A DNA stretch of 64,000 bases from Cycas panzhihuaensis (lineage: Eukaryota; Plantae; Cycadophyta): NCBI GenBank assembly GCA_023213395.1, contig CM041465.1, positions 161,951,741 through 162,015,740 on the forward strand, read 5' to 3'. Made by a program: the position numbers and the translations under genes. Under the pieces are notes generated by a model. It made no database searches. It saw only the letters and a list, made by a program, of their open reading frames with translations, and had not been told where the DNA came from. How positions within the stretch are numbered: the stretch's first letter is position 1; each line of letters starts with the position of its first letter. Positions 1 through 11,962 of this stretch are shown here, in pieces.

Positions 1-222
1 GGAGTGCACTTTACCTACCTCTACACTCTCCTCTCTTGGGGGTTTTATTAGAGTATTTAGTGCTTATTATGTATTAATCTTTATCATGTTCTTAAATGTT
101 TCTCTTGTTTATTCTACTTGAGTGCTCATGAGTTGATGGCTCTTAGAGTTTGCTTCTTCTCCCATTACTTATGGTGTTCTAAGCTCTCTCAGTATTCTCC
201 TACCCAATTATTTACTGGATTT

Positions 223-470
223 TGTTAAAAATACTACTTGACTAATATAAATATTAAGCACAAATCTTTATTATTATTATTTTTGGGCCAACGAATGTTT
301 ATTTTTAGGTCTTATGGATCTATATATATCCAAAGATCTCTTTGTACTCTATAGCTTTTGGATCAATGTAATTGAGTGTTCTAAGGTGGGTTTACCCACT
401 GGGTATCATGTGTATTCATCTTTGAGATTGGTGTGTATGTTCGATCTAGTTTTGCTCCCATTTTTTAACA
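223..470 (+). repeat. 5' LTR of copia element A
   Basis: tgttaaaaatac...ccattttttaaca. About 23 substitutions relative to the 3' LTR by eye. Confidence 0.95.
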
Positions 471-482
471 TGGTATCAGAGC
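471..482 (+). promoter_or_regulatory. Primer binding site (tRNA-iMet type)
   Basis: tggtatcagagc directly after the LTR-terminal CA. Confidence 0.95.
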
Positions 483-976
483 ATGGAGTTGTACGTTGCC
501 ACCGGGTAAGCTGCATGGTGTCCTGATCTGATTACTAGTCATTTAGAAGGAGTCTGGTGTAGTGCAGAATTGGTGCAGCCCATTTGACGTTCAAGTTTGA
601 AGGTTATTGGCCTATGAAGTTGCTTCAAATGCCCCTTGTGGTCTCATTTAAAGGTACTTTTTAGTCTTTTTCCCTTCTCTTGCTTAATTGTCTCTGTCGT
701 GTTGAATGCTTTCTGCTTTGTATGCACATGTCCTCCTTCTTATTTATATAAGTTATAAACTCTAAAGCTATTATAGATATACTATGTTTATAGTCATTTT
801 TCTTCAATTTTTGTACCTGGACAAACAAATCTTAAGTATTTTAACTGTAAGCATATCATTTTTTTTGTCACTTTTCTGCGCTCCTCCTCTCTTTGTAATC
901 CATTACTCTTCGCCCTCATTGATTATATATGTACCTATACGTTACTCTGTATATCTGCGACTTTACTCTCCCATGT

Positions 977-1255
977 GTGTAGCACTTCATATACACTGTG
1001 TGTTTAGCATGTTTAGCACTGCGTATACAATGTGTGTTTGGCGTGTTTAGCACTGCATATACACTGTGTGTTTGGCATGTTTAGCACTATGTATACACTA
1101 TGTGTTTGGCATGTTTAGCACTACATATACAATGTGTGTTTAGCATGTTTAGCATTGCATATACACTATGTGTTTGGTGTATAAATAATGAGTTTATCAC
1201 TGCATATACACTACGTGTTTGGCATATACACTGCATGTTTGGCACTGCATATGCA
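977..1255 (+). repeat. 34-bp tandem repeat in the 5' leader of element A (about 6 units plus partials)
   Basis: Unit gtttagcactgcatatacactgtgtgtttggcat starts at 1011, 1045, 1079 and onward. Confidence 0.9.
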
Positions 1256-2226
1256 TCTATATATTACTATGTATACGCTCGTTGGTTTTGCATTGGATTT
1301 TCATGTGTATCTGCATTGATTTTCTCATGCAACTATCTGTATATCAATATGTACATTTCATGCTTAATGACTACATATACTGGCTATGTATATGATTGGC
1401 GTGATTCCTCTTCTATGTATACCCTTGCGTGATTGTTGTATATATCCTCGTGTCTATTGTACTGTGTATTCTCACATGTTTTTTTGGCTACATATACCTA
1501 GTGCATGTCAACTACACTTTATCATATTCTTTTACATCATTCTTCCATGTATTTATAGTGAGTTTCCAATGTCTTGTATATATTAATTAGCATTCAATAT
1601 ATTCAACAGCGTGTATTCACCATGCATATACTCCAACATCAACTCTCTATCTTTGTTGCATCATTTTTTATCTTCATATTTGAGTGTATGCAGTGCTGAG
1701 TGTGTATCATTTTTTTGAACACTATTTGCTACCTCCATTTACCAGTACCTTTTAGTATGATAATCAGGGGCATTTTGTGTTAGTTCTTGTTAGTCGCCAA
1801 CATCAATACAACTATACATGAAAGTTATTTAGGAGTTTTGGTGCAGTTAGGGTTCATGCAGATCACTATAAATAAATCAAACTGTTAAAGATTAATGATG
1901 TATATTATGGTTGCCTTGGTGAGATACATTATATATTTCGACCTTATACAATAATGTATCATTGCCCTTCATTGATTTTTTTATGAAGGCTTATTATTAT
2001 TTATATTGAGTTGTATTCATAGATTTGAGTTGGAGTTGAGCATTCTGGTATTTAGGTGACAAGATTGCATTGATTTAAATATCAGACTTAGGAGTTTTGG
2101 TTCATATGTTTCCGATTTTAAAGTGCCTAGTTTGAGTGGAGCTTGAGTTATGATTTTAAATCTGAAATTCAAGAAGGGTGTTTGAGTTAGTTGAATTTCT
2201 AATTCATTTTTCTATTTAATTCGATC

Positions 2227-5200
2227 ATGGAGAAGCTTGCACCATTAGTTACATTTAATGGAAACAATTTTAATGAGTGGAAAGCACATATGGAGCTCAT
2301 TTTAATGGTAAATCAGCTATGGGGAATCACTAAGTCACCTTTGTTAAGCATGTCTTTGGATGAAAAAGATCATGTACATGTCGAAGAGAGATAGTTTATG
2401 GCTATTAGGTTACTTAAGCTACCTTTGGCTCCCGATCAAAGAGCTTTAGTGCATAATCTTGAAACTCTGTATGAAATATAGATCAAACTATGTGAGACTT
2501 TTGAGAAAAAGAAGACAAATCATCGGGTTGCCCTCATGATGGAATTGTTGAATGCAAAAGTAGAAGACGAAAATAACATTAGTGCCTTCCTAAACAAGAT
2601 TATTGATTTGAGAAATAAGTTAGATGAATTGAAATCAAACTCAATAGATGATGCCTTGTTGTTTGCCATTATTATGTCAAAGTTACCAACTACATTTGCC
2701 ACCTTTCAAACAGTTTATAGGAGTGATGAAGCCATGGAAGGTGAGTCTTTTGAGTCCTTAAAAAATCTGATCTTAGCTAAAGATGCCAAATTGAAGCATC
2801 ATGGGATGCTTGGTGGTTCAGTTTCAAATCAGGCCTTGATAATGAAGACATAGAAGAAGGATATATTCCATGAAAACAAGTCTACACAGAAGATTAGTGA
2901 GACCTCTCATGAAAAGAAGAAGTTAGTGGGAAAGTGCAACTACTGCAAGAAAGATGGTCACATGGAAAGAAATTATTGGATCAAGAAATGGGACAAGCAC
3001 AAGGTAAGTCAAGATGACAAGGGGAAAAGTGTTACAGCACATTATATTCGGGCATCAATAATGTCATCTGAAAAGAAAGATTATTGGATCCTAGACTCAG
3101 GTGCTCAAAAACACATCACCTATCAAAAGCATATTTTTGATGCCTTAGATATAAGTTCAATTAATGCTAATGTGATTCTTAGAGATGCCAATGTTTTTCT
3201 TGTAGAAGGTATTGGAATCATTTCGCTTATAGGTGGAAAATTTAATGGTGTTTATTATGTGCCTTAAATGAAGCTAAATCTTCTCTCAGCCTGGGAAATC
3301 TACAAGCAAGATATGAAAATAGAGCTCTACAATGATAAATGTTTAGTTAGAGATCCAAAGAAACACTTCTCTATTATTGCTACTGGGAAAGTATAGGATA
3401 ACTTTTGGGTGTTTGAGTCTTTTAAAACCCAGCAGGATTCTTATATTTTCATTGCCAGTGCTAATGATATGAGTAAGTTGTGACATGAAAGATTGGGTCA
3501 TCTTAACTATGGTAGCATCAATTTAATGAATCGATTGAAGATGGTAATTAGTTTACCTCAAATTCAATGTTCAAAGGGTTCTTGTGAAAGATGTATATAT
3601 GGAAAGCATCATCGTTATCCTTTTGCTAGAGATAATGCATGGAAGGCAAAAGAGAAACTTGAACTTGTCCATATTGATATGATGGGTCCATTATCAAATC
3701 CTTCTATTTCTAGAGCTTGCTATGTACTTGTATTTGTGGATGATTTTAGCAGAAAAACCTAGGTTTTCTTTTTGAAGAATAAGTCTGATGTATTTGATAG
3801 ATTTTGTGAATGGAAAACTTGTGTTGAAAATGAATGTGGTATGAAGATTAGGAAATTAAGAAGTGATAATGGAAAGGAGTATGATAAAAATGCCTTTCAT
3901 CAGCTCTGTCTTGCCAATGGTATTAAGCAGGAATTTACTGTTCTATATACCCCACAGTTAAATGGTGTAGTAGAGAGAAAAAATCGTACCATAATGGAAA
4001 TGGTGAGGTGCATGGTGCATGGTAAGAGTTTTCCTCCCAAGTTTTGGATAGAAGCTATGGCGACAACAGTTCATATTTTGAATAGGGTACCTACTTCTAT
4101 TGTTCGTGGCATTACCCCTGAAGAATGTTAGACTGGTCAAAAACCTTCCATTAATTATTTTAAGGTATTTGGGTGCATTGCCTATGCACACATTCGAGAC
4201 GAATATCGCAAGAGTTTAAAGTGTATTTTTGTGGGGTACTCTCCTAAGTGTAAGGCTTATAGACTTTGGGATCCGCAAGGGGGGGAAATCTTGATTAGTC
4301 AGGATGTTAAGTTTGACAAGTCACTGACATATCATGTTGATAGATCATCTGAAGATGTATTTTATCCTCCACTTCTACCTTTTCCAAGTCATGATTCTAT
4401 AGATTTACAGGTACATGAGTCTATTCTGCATAATGTTTCTGAAGCAGGACCAAGTGGAAGTTATTTTGAGGACCCATCACAGGTTGAAATACTAACTACA
4501 CCTTATATTCCATTGTGGGCAAAAAGAACCATTGAAGACTCAGGAATGATGATTAAAAATCTAGAAGATAGTCGAAGGACAAGGAGTCAATATGCCAGTC
4601 AGGTCTTAGTGATGAACACCAACGACTTTATCTCATTTGACGAAGTGAAGGAAGATCCGCAATGGAAAGCTGTGATGGAGGAATAATTTGGTTCTCTTAT
4701 GAAGAACAATACATGGGATTTAGTTCAGCTTCCTCCCTCAAAGAATCGGGTTGGCTACAAGTGGGTCTACGAGGTAAAGTATCACTCCAATGGTGAAGTA
4801 GACAAGTATAAAGCTAGACTTGTAGCTCAAGGTTTTAAACAAAAAGAAGGAATCGATTATGAAGAGACTTTTGCACCGGTCTCTAAGATTTTAATAGTCT
4901 GTTTGATCCTTGCTTTAGTAACTACTTTTGGTTGGGTGTTACGTCAAATGGATGTAAAGTCCGCTTTTCTTCATGGAGATTTGAAGGAGGAGATTTACAT
5001 GGCCCAACCCCTAGGTTTCGTGAAGAAAGGATAGGAGCATTTAGTGTGTTGATTGAAGAAATCTCTTTATGGCCTAAAATAAGCACCAAATTCTTGGTAA
5101 AAGAAGATTGATACTAAATTAAAGGATGATGGTTTTGTGACAACAGATTTTGAACCAAGTCTTTATATTAGGAAGAAAGGATCTTCAATTGTTCTTGTTG

Positions 5201-6174
5201 TTTTGTATGTGGATGACCTTATCATTACAAGAAATTGTAGTAGGACAATTGCAAATACAAAGACCTTTTTGGGTCATAACTTCGATATGATAGATCTTGG
5301 TCCTCTCCATCATTTTTTGGGCATCGAGATTAAGCAGATGAAAGATCACATCATGATGTTGTAGATAAGGTATGCTTAATCCCTACTTGAGAAATTTAGA
5401 ATGAAGGATTGCAAACTGGCTAAAATACCATGTGTGAAGGGCACACAGCTTCAAAAGAACATGGATAAACTAGCTATAGATGGGATATTATATCGGTAAT
5501 TAGTAGGGAGTTTGATTTATCTAACTCATACTAGACCTGATATTGTGTATGCTATTGGATTAGTGTCTTATTTTATGCAAAATCCCCAAGATCCACATTT
5601 GAATGCAACGAAGAGGATTTTGAAGTATATTAAGGGTACACTTAATCTTTGCCTTGAATACCTTCATGGTGGCAAGGCAAAATTATATGGGTATACAGAT
5701 GCTGATTGGGGCAGAGATGCAGGAGACCGAAAATCAACCGCAGGGTATATTTTTGGCATAGGAAATGGGTTTATCTCTTGGCAATCCAAAAAGTAATCTA
5801 TTATGGCCTTCTCTTCTACAGAAGTAGAGTATCAAAGTTTAAGTGTTGGTGTAATGGATGTTGTATGGTTACAGGGACTTTTGGAGACACTTGGTGTATC
5901 ATCTAGCACTCTAGTTATTCACTGTGATAATCAAAGTGTTATTTGATTTTCAAAGAATCTAGAGTTTCACGCATGTACAAAGCACATTGAAATCCAGCAT
6001 CACTACATCTATGAGTTAATCAGATTGGGAAAGATGCAGGTTGAATATTATCCAAGTGAGGAGCAGCTTGCCGACGTGTTCACCAAGGCTCTTACTGAAG
6101 ATCAGTTTTTGAAGATTCGTGTATATTTGGGACTTAGTCTTGAAGGAGAATCTATTTTTCAAGACAAAGGTTAG
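2227..6174 (+). pseudogene. Copia gag-pol polyprotein with many in-frame stops
   Basis: CNYCKKDGH zinc knuckle, WILDSGA protease, GHLN/CERC integrase Zn finger, VDDFS/RSDNGKEY/NGVVERKNR integrase core, KARLVA/QMDVKSAFLHG/LYVDD reverse transcriptase, YTDADW RNase H. Confidence 0.95.
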
Positions 6175-6217
6175 ACACTTCATTATTTTAAAGACCAATA
6201 TTTACATTAAGGAGGGA

Positions 6218-6465
6218 TGTTAAAAATACTACCTGACTAATGTAAATATTAAGCACAAATCTTTATTATTATTATTTTTGGGCTGATGAATGTTTATTTT
6301 TAGGTCTTACAAATCTATATATATTCAAAGATCTCCTTATACTCTACAGCTTTTGTATCAATGTAATTAAGTGTTCTAAGGTGGGTTTACCCACTGGATA
6401 TCGTGTGTATTTGTTTATAAGATTGGTGTGTACGTTCGATCTGGTTTTGCTCCCATTTTTTAACA
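6218..6465 (+). repeat. 3' LTR of copia element A
   Basis: Direct repeat of 223-470, preceded by a PPT. Confidence 0.95.
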
Positions 6466-8810
6466 TGTGGAGCACTACCTCATAACTTCTTAAAATCCTT
6501 TCATTGTCTTCCTTATAGATCTTTGGTTATTCTTAAAGGCTATAAATAGTCTCTACTAAGGCCATTGAAATGTCATTTAATGATCTTCCTCTATATCTTA
6601 GAATCTCCTCTATATTTATATTTTCAAAGTTAGGATCTTCCCAATCTTCATGAGATATTCAAGTATCATTCCCATAAAATGCTCCTTATATCCTCATAAT
6701 ATCTCTTACTCTTCTAAATGGGATTTCCTCTACTTAAAGCTAAGTAGTTTTCACTCACTATATTTGTACTCAAATTTGGTAAACTATCAAGTTCTTATTA
6801 ATCACTCAAACTTTAAATTTGAGACTCTAGCAATCCCCTTGAAAGCTTCCACCTTAAAGCTTTAATACCACCTCTATCATGGCCCCTCATCTTAGTTGTG
6901 ACTCACTAGAGTCCACCAACCAAGCCAACATCTACCTAATCTACTTGAATTACAAAATCTAAAATTAGAGTTATATAAGCATACATAATGGAGAACACAT
7001 ACCTAAAGATGTTGTTGGTTCAACAAGTCAATGATGTTTCCTATAGATTTTAAAAGCATAATCTCAATAGTTATAAATTTTAGAAAATAGGACAAGTATT
7101 ATTGGATTTCAATTTACTATTACGACATCTTTTACACACTTAACTTGATTGAAAAAGGGAGTAACCAAATTATTCAAATGGGTTCACTACCCAACCAACC
7201 AAATTCTTAATGAGGAAAATGCCCCTAAGGTGAAGCACATGATATGAATATAGGATAACAAGTTAGTCGCGAAACTCTCAATCCTTAACCTATCTTAATG
7301 ACTTCCTTAGTCACAAAACTATAATAAATTACTACCAAGTTATTTTTGAACCTTCTACTACACTTAATTTATGCAACATTATCTTGAAATATTATACCAT
7401 ATATGGTTTTTTATTGTTGCATGTTTCATAAAACATAATACATAAAAAATGGGGTTGTGAATCCATACCCTATAGACATTACTCATGCATACAAAAGTAA
7501 TTGAGGAGGAGACTTGCTCAACCCCTGAGGGGACTCACTCAACCCTCAAAGGAAGGATGACTCACCAAACCCAAGTTCTTGTCAAAATCTCAAAGGAAAT
7601 GGGACTTGTTTAACCCAAATTCCTTTCAAAAGATAGAGGAGACTTGTGTGACTCTCAAGAAATAAGGACTTGCTCAACCTAAACCCTACACAGTAAACTA
7701 TAATCTAGCACCTTTAAAATAGACTAATGAGATTGACATGGCAATAAATACATACATTCATTCTATTTACTAAATATATTCCCTACATCAGATGAAGATA
7801 AAATCTTAAGAGATTTCTCTAAGTGTATATTTATCTATTCTATGAAACTATTCTAAAGTATATCTATAAAAAACTTATTTAAGATAATTTCTACCATAAA
7901 ATACTCAAGAAGATTCCTTTATAAGCTTTAGAGCTTACTCTTACATCATTCCTTCTAATAATGACTCAATGACCCAACCTTGATCACTCAAGATTTCAAA
8001 CTACTCCTTGGCTTCTGATTTTATTTATTCAAGTCTTTTGACACCATCTCTATCACACCTCTAGTTGCTTTCCTAAAGAACAATATTACCTAGTGATGGA
8101 TAAAGATTAATGAATGTAGTGGCCAATGAAAAGATGATTGAACATTAAGAAGAAATCCCTTTGAATTTCCTATAAGTATTAGCTCAAAATTCAATCCTCT
8201 ATTTTAGATAATATATCTTATAGGTCTCTTGGATATGCCTTACCCCTGCTCCGTGTTCCCAATTCAATGTTATTATGATCAAGAAAGATAAAATGTAAGG
8301 CTAAAAAATGGAATCAAGATAGTCAAGAGATAATGAATATTAGAATTTAATACCTTTTCGTTTCTTCTTTTTACAACTCTATCTACACTCTAGGGTGAGT
8401 TAATTCACCTTTATTAATATCATTACGGCTTAATGAGGGGCTCTACCTTGTGGTGAATATATTAAGATCTTAGTTATTACTATTAGTATTATTGTTGTAC
8501 ACTCTTTAATGAAAATATCTTTGCATGGATGTCTTCATATATCCTTCTTCTTGCTTAGGTGTATTGGCACTTTCAATATGTACTTAACATATTTAATTTA
8601 GGATTAATCATTTCCCTAATGAGATGGTTCTAGGTGATTATGTGAGTACTTTCCAATTGCATTAATGTCCCTAAGATCTATCAAACATGTCCTCTATTGT
8701 ATGAGTGACAATCCTTCCTTATAAGCTCAAAAGTCAAGATTTCACATTATAACTCTTTATTTTTATATTTTCATAATCTTATATGTGAGTGTTTAAACTA
8801 AAAAATTCTT

Positions 8811-9400
8811 TTGCAAAAGTTTGAAAGATATGTCTTTATTTGTATCCTTATTTTATAATATTATACTTGGCTATATATATCCTTTTATACAATTGTGTAT
8901 TTGCAAAATTGTAAAGCACTCCTTTATTTGTTGCTTTATGTTTAACAAATTTAAGTTTTTTAGCTTTGTGATAGTACTCAAGCCCATATATTAGTTAGTA
9001 AGAGAATGATATTAATCATGATGTCATTTCGTAACTTTACACCTAGATGATTAAAGGGTCCCACTTGCTAACTCATTTATAAAATTACAAGAGACTCTCC
9101 TCTTTACATCCTCTATTTTATAATTTTAGAGTTAGGCCCTCGAGAACCCATACTCAATTAATTGTTTACAAGATTACAAAAGATTCTTTACTTGCCTTCT
9201 TACTTTACCATTTTATGAATGAAAAGTTCTAAGTCCACCTTCGATAATGTACTTGTAAATTTGTAAAAAAACCTTTTACTTGTAGTCTAACCTTATAATT
9301 TTGTAATCTAATCTCCTTATATCTTCACTCGATTATCTATTTATGAATTTGTAAGAAGTATTTTATTTAAAAAATAAATAATTAGGAGGATTACTTAAAT
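8811..9400. repeat. Degenerate ~88-bp tandem repeat (about 6-7 units)
   Basis: A TTRYAAAATTRYAA...CTTTATTTG-like motif starts at 8811, 8901, 9077, 9166, 9253 and 9341 (spacings 90, 176, 89, 87, 88). Confidence 0.6.
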
Positions 9401-9510
9401 TTTTATAGCTTCCCTCTTTGATGTCCAATTTTAATGTTCTGCAACTCATTCGAAAGCTAAAACTTATTCTTTGACTTGGTGGATTTACCCTTAGTAAAAT
9501 ATATGTTAAT

Positions 9511-11565
9511 TGTTACACGACTAATCCTTTAAGCATTTAAGATAAAAAAATATGAAGAGAAATTAAAAAAATAAGATAAAGAAGAAGGTAGATTCTGAAG
9601 AACATAACATCATATAATCTTTACAATAGAGTGGGGTATATATAACACTCACCCCCTCATTATTATATTCTTACCTTTATGTTAATCAATAATATTAATC
9701 CTCATATGATGGAGGGTCATAACCCTCTTTAACATGTGGTGAAGGCTCACCACATGCCCTCTTCCATCAAATGCTTTACCCTTGAAGCATCTTGATACAT
9801 AGATACATGTCACCACCTCCTACTACTAGTATCCAACCAATAGGTCCATCAAAGATTAACTAAAATTTTCACATAGAATAGGGATCTATCCATCCTAAAT
9901 AGATATTTATATGCCTAGAATCTATGTGACCTTGGAACCTTAAACTTGAATGATATACATGCATGGGGTACTTAGTTTGTGAGGGTTTCATATGATAAGT
10001 GTGTTAATGCAAGTCTCCTGATAATGTGGGTGTTAATAAGGTCCCATTTTGGTACGTGTTTTAGCCTTTGATGAGTGATAATCTTTCTTTTCCTTAGCTA
10101 CAATTAGTGGTGTGGAATGGAAAATAGCTTATACTACTTGCTCCTAATATTATTTTTCTCCCTCATTATCTTTCTTTTATTCTTAACATTGTGGAGTGGG
10201 GATAATTCCTTGTACTACCTATTGACTATACTTCTCAAGTATTTGGTAAGCTTCTTGTTTGTCTTACTCAAGGATTTCCATCTCCTTGCACCAAGAAGTA
10301 TTATATTTTAGAAAGATAGTTGATGTTAACTAATAAAATATATTGTATGGATTAGTATGAGATCCATACCACTTATTGAATCAAAGGTAAGACTCTCCTT
10401 ATAGATACAATGAGGCTACCTTGGACATCTCTTCACCGGTACTATAATCTTTAGTAAGTAATTTTAAATATGTATGCATATCTCTAAGCTAGTCATTTAT
10501 GGAAAGGGTCTCATCAACATTAAATGTGTGAGGTATAGGCCTTTCTGTAGATATGATAACATGAATGTGAGAGAGATTAGGGGGTGTCTATAGCCTATTA
10601 TCCCCTAATTTTAATACAAAAATAGATATTAGGCCTTAAGAGCAATGGTTTTGTGACCAAAGTCTAAATGGCCAAAAAAGTATAATACGAAACTCTTAAT
10701 TTTAAAATTTTATTTATAAAGAAAAACTAAAAAATATATAAAATATAATTAAAATTATGGCCTCTAAAATATAATTCTAATGGTTAAGCTAGAATCAAAT
10801 TTTGATAGTATGCTAAAAAGTTATAACCTTTTTAAGAAATTTATTTGTAGGGTTTTTAAGAACTACAATAGTATCTATTGATAAAATTCTAATAACTTTC
10901 TACTTAAAAATTTGATTAACCTCAAGCTGCTTTCATTGGAAAGTAAATTAAAAAATACATAGAATCAAAAAAACTTTAAGGTCATTTGGATACATGTAGT
11001 TAAAGTTATAGCTCCTTAAAGTTGAGGTTATATATCTGTCCCAAAAATATGGTGACAAAAAAATATGTTGAAATTAAATTTACAATAATTTGTGTAACTT
11101 TTCACTAAAACCAGCACTATAACTACTCAAAATTTATGTACAGGCCTTTTCATCTCAATATATCTATTGATTCTTTAAAAGTGTTTTATTTAAACTCCCA
11201 ATGAGTAGAACTTTCACATGCCAAAAACCCTAGAAAAAAAATAAATGGCTAAAAAATAGATCCATTTCTCTTGTATGGACTAAAAATAGCTTTGATACCA
11301 CTTGTTATATGATTAATCCTTTAAGCATTTAATATAAAGAAATATGAAGAGAAATAGAAGAACTAAGATAAAGAAGAAGGCAAGGTTCTTAAGAATATAA
11401 CATCATATCATATTATACCATCATCATATCATCTTTACAATAGAGTGGAGTATATATAATAATTACCCCCTCATTATTATATTCCTACCTTTATGTTAAT
11501 AATTCTATTAATCCTCAAGATTGAGGGTCATAACCATCTTTAACATATAGTGAAGGCTCACCACA
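9511..11565 (-). mobile_element. Non-autonomous LTR element B (about 2.05 kb) with a gypsy-type gag relic
   Basis: LTRs at 9511-9754 and 11303-11565. Reverse-complement PBS gctttgatacca at 11289-11300; reverse-complement PPT tgccctcttcc at 9755-9765; TSD ttaat/ttgat. Minus-strand relic KVASLYL*GESYL*F near 10380-10435. No pol. Confidence 0.9.
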
Positions 11566-11962
11566 TTGATTAACTAGATTTTGTATCCTAAAGAAGTCAT
11601 GAAGATCTCTAAGTCTATTGTCTACCCCTATATTTACTTTTTCTTATATTCTTCCCTCATTTATAATATGTACAATCTCATTTGTACTACCCATCTAAGT
11701 AATTAGGATACTTTTATATTATATAAGCAACAAATAAAAAATAATTTTATATTGAATAACATATTGACAAAAAATAGATAAATAGATTTAAGTCTAAATG
11801 GACTATAACCTAAACACTAAGCTACTTTCTAAGTTAAAAGATCAAAATGGTACATCTCTACATTTGGTGTTACATAATTATGTACTCACCTCACATGAAA
11901 TAAGTAAGCTAAAAGAAAATATTATTTATTATATATTTACTAGAGTCACAGTCTGTCTATAG

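Larger units (their letters stand above)
223..6465 (+). mobile_element. Full-length Ty1/copia LTR retrotransposon (element A), decayed
   Basis: 248-bp TG...CA LTRs at 223-470 and 6218-6465, PBS tggtatcagagc at 471-482, PPT aaggaggga at 6209-6217, and domain order gag-PR-IN-RT-RH. Confidence 0.97.
1..8050 (-). mobile_element. Old Tekay/Del-like Ty3/gypsy relic (partial 5' LTR, PBS, gag N-terminus), interrupted by copia element A
   Basis: The reverse complement of 6466-6600 (ggccttagtagagact...aaggaagacaatgaaaggatttt) is colinear with the gag start of the Tekay element at 34650-34750. The reading continues in 1-222. A degenerate reverse-complement PBS (gctttaatacca, 6859-6870) is followed by tatcatggccc (6875), which matches the reverse complement of the Tekay LTR end gggccatgaca. 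The right boundary is uncertain. Confidence 0.6.

Noticed and set aside
471-482. tRNA gene fragments
   Set aside because: All tggtatcagagc-type matches are primer binding sites, with no tRNA body.
784-1586. Overlapping hydrophobic ORFs of 66-110 aa
   Set aside because: They are translations of the 34-bp repeat and T-rich leader of element A, with no protein motifs.
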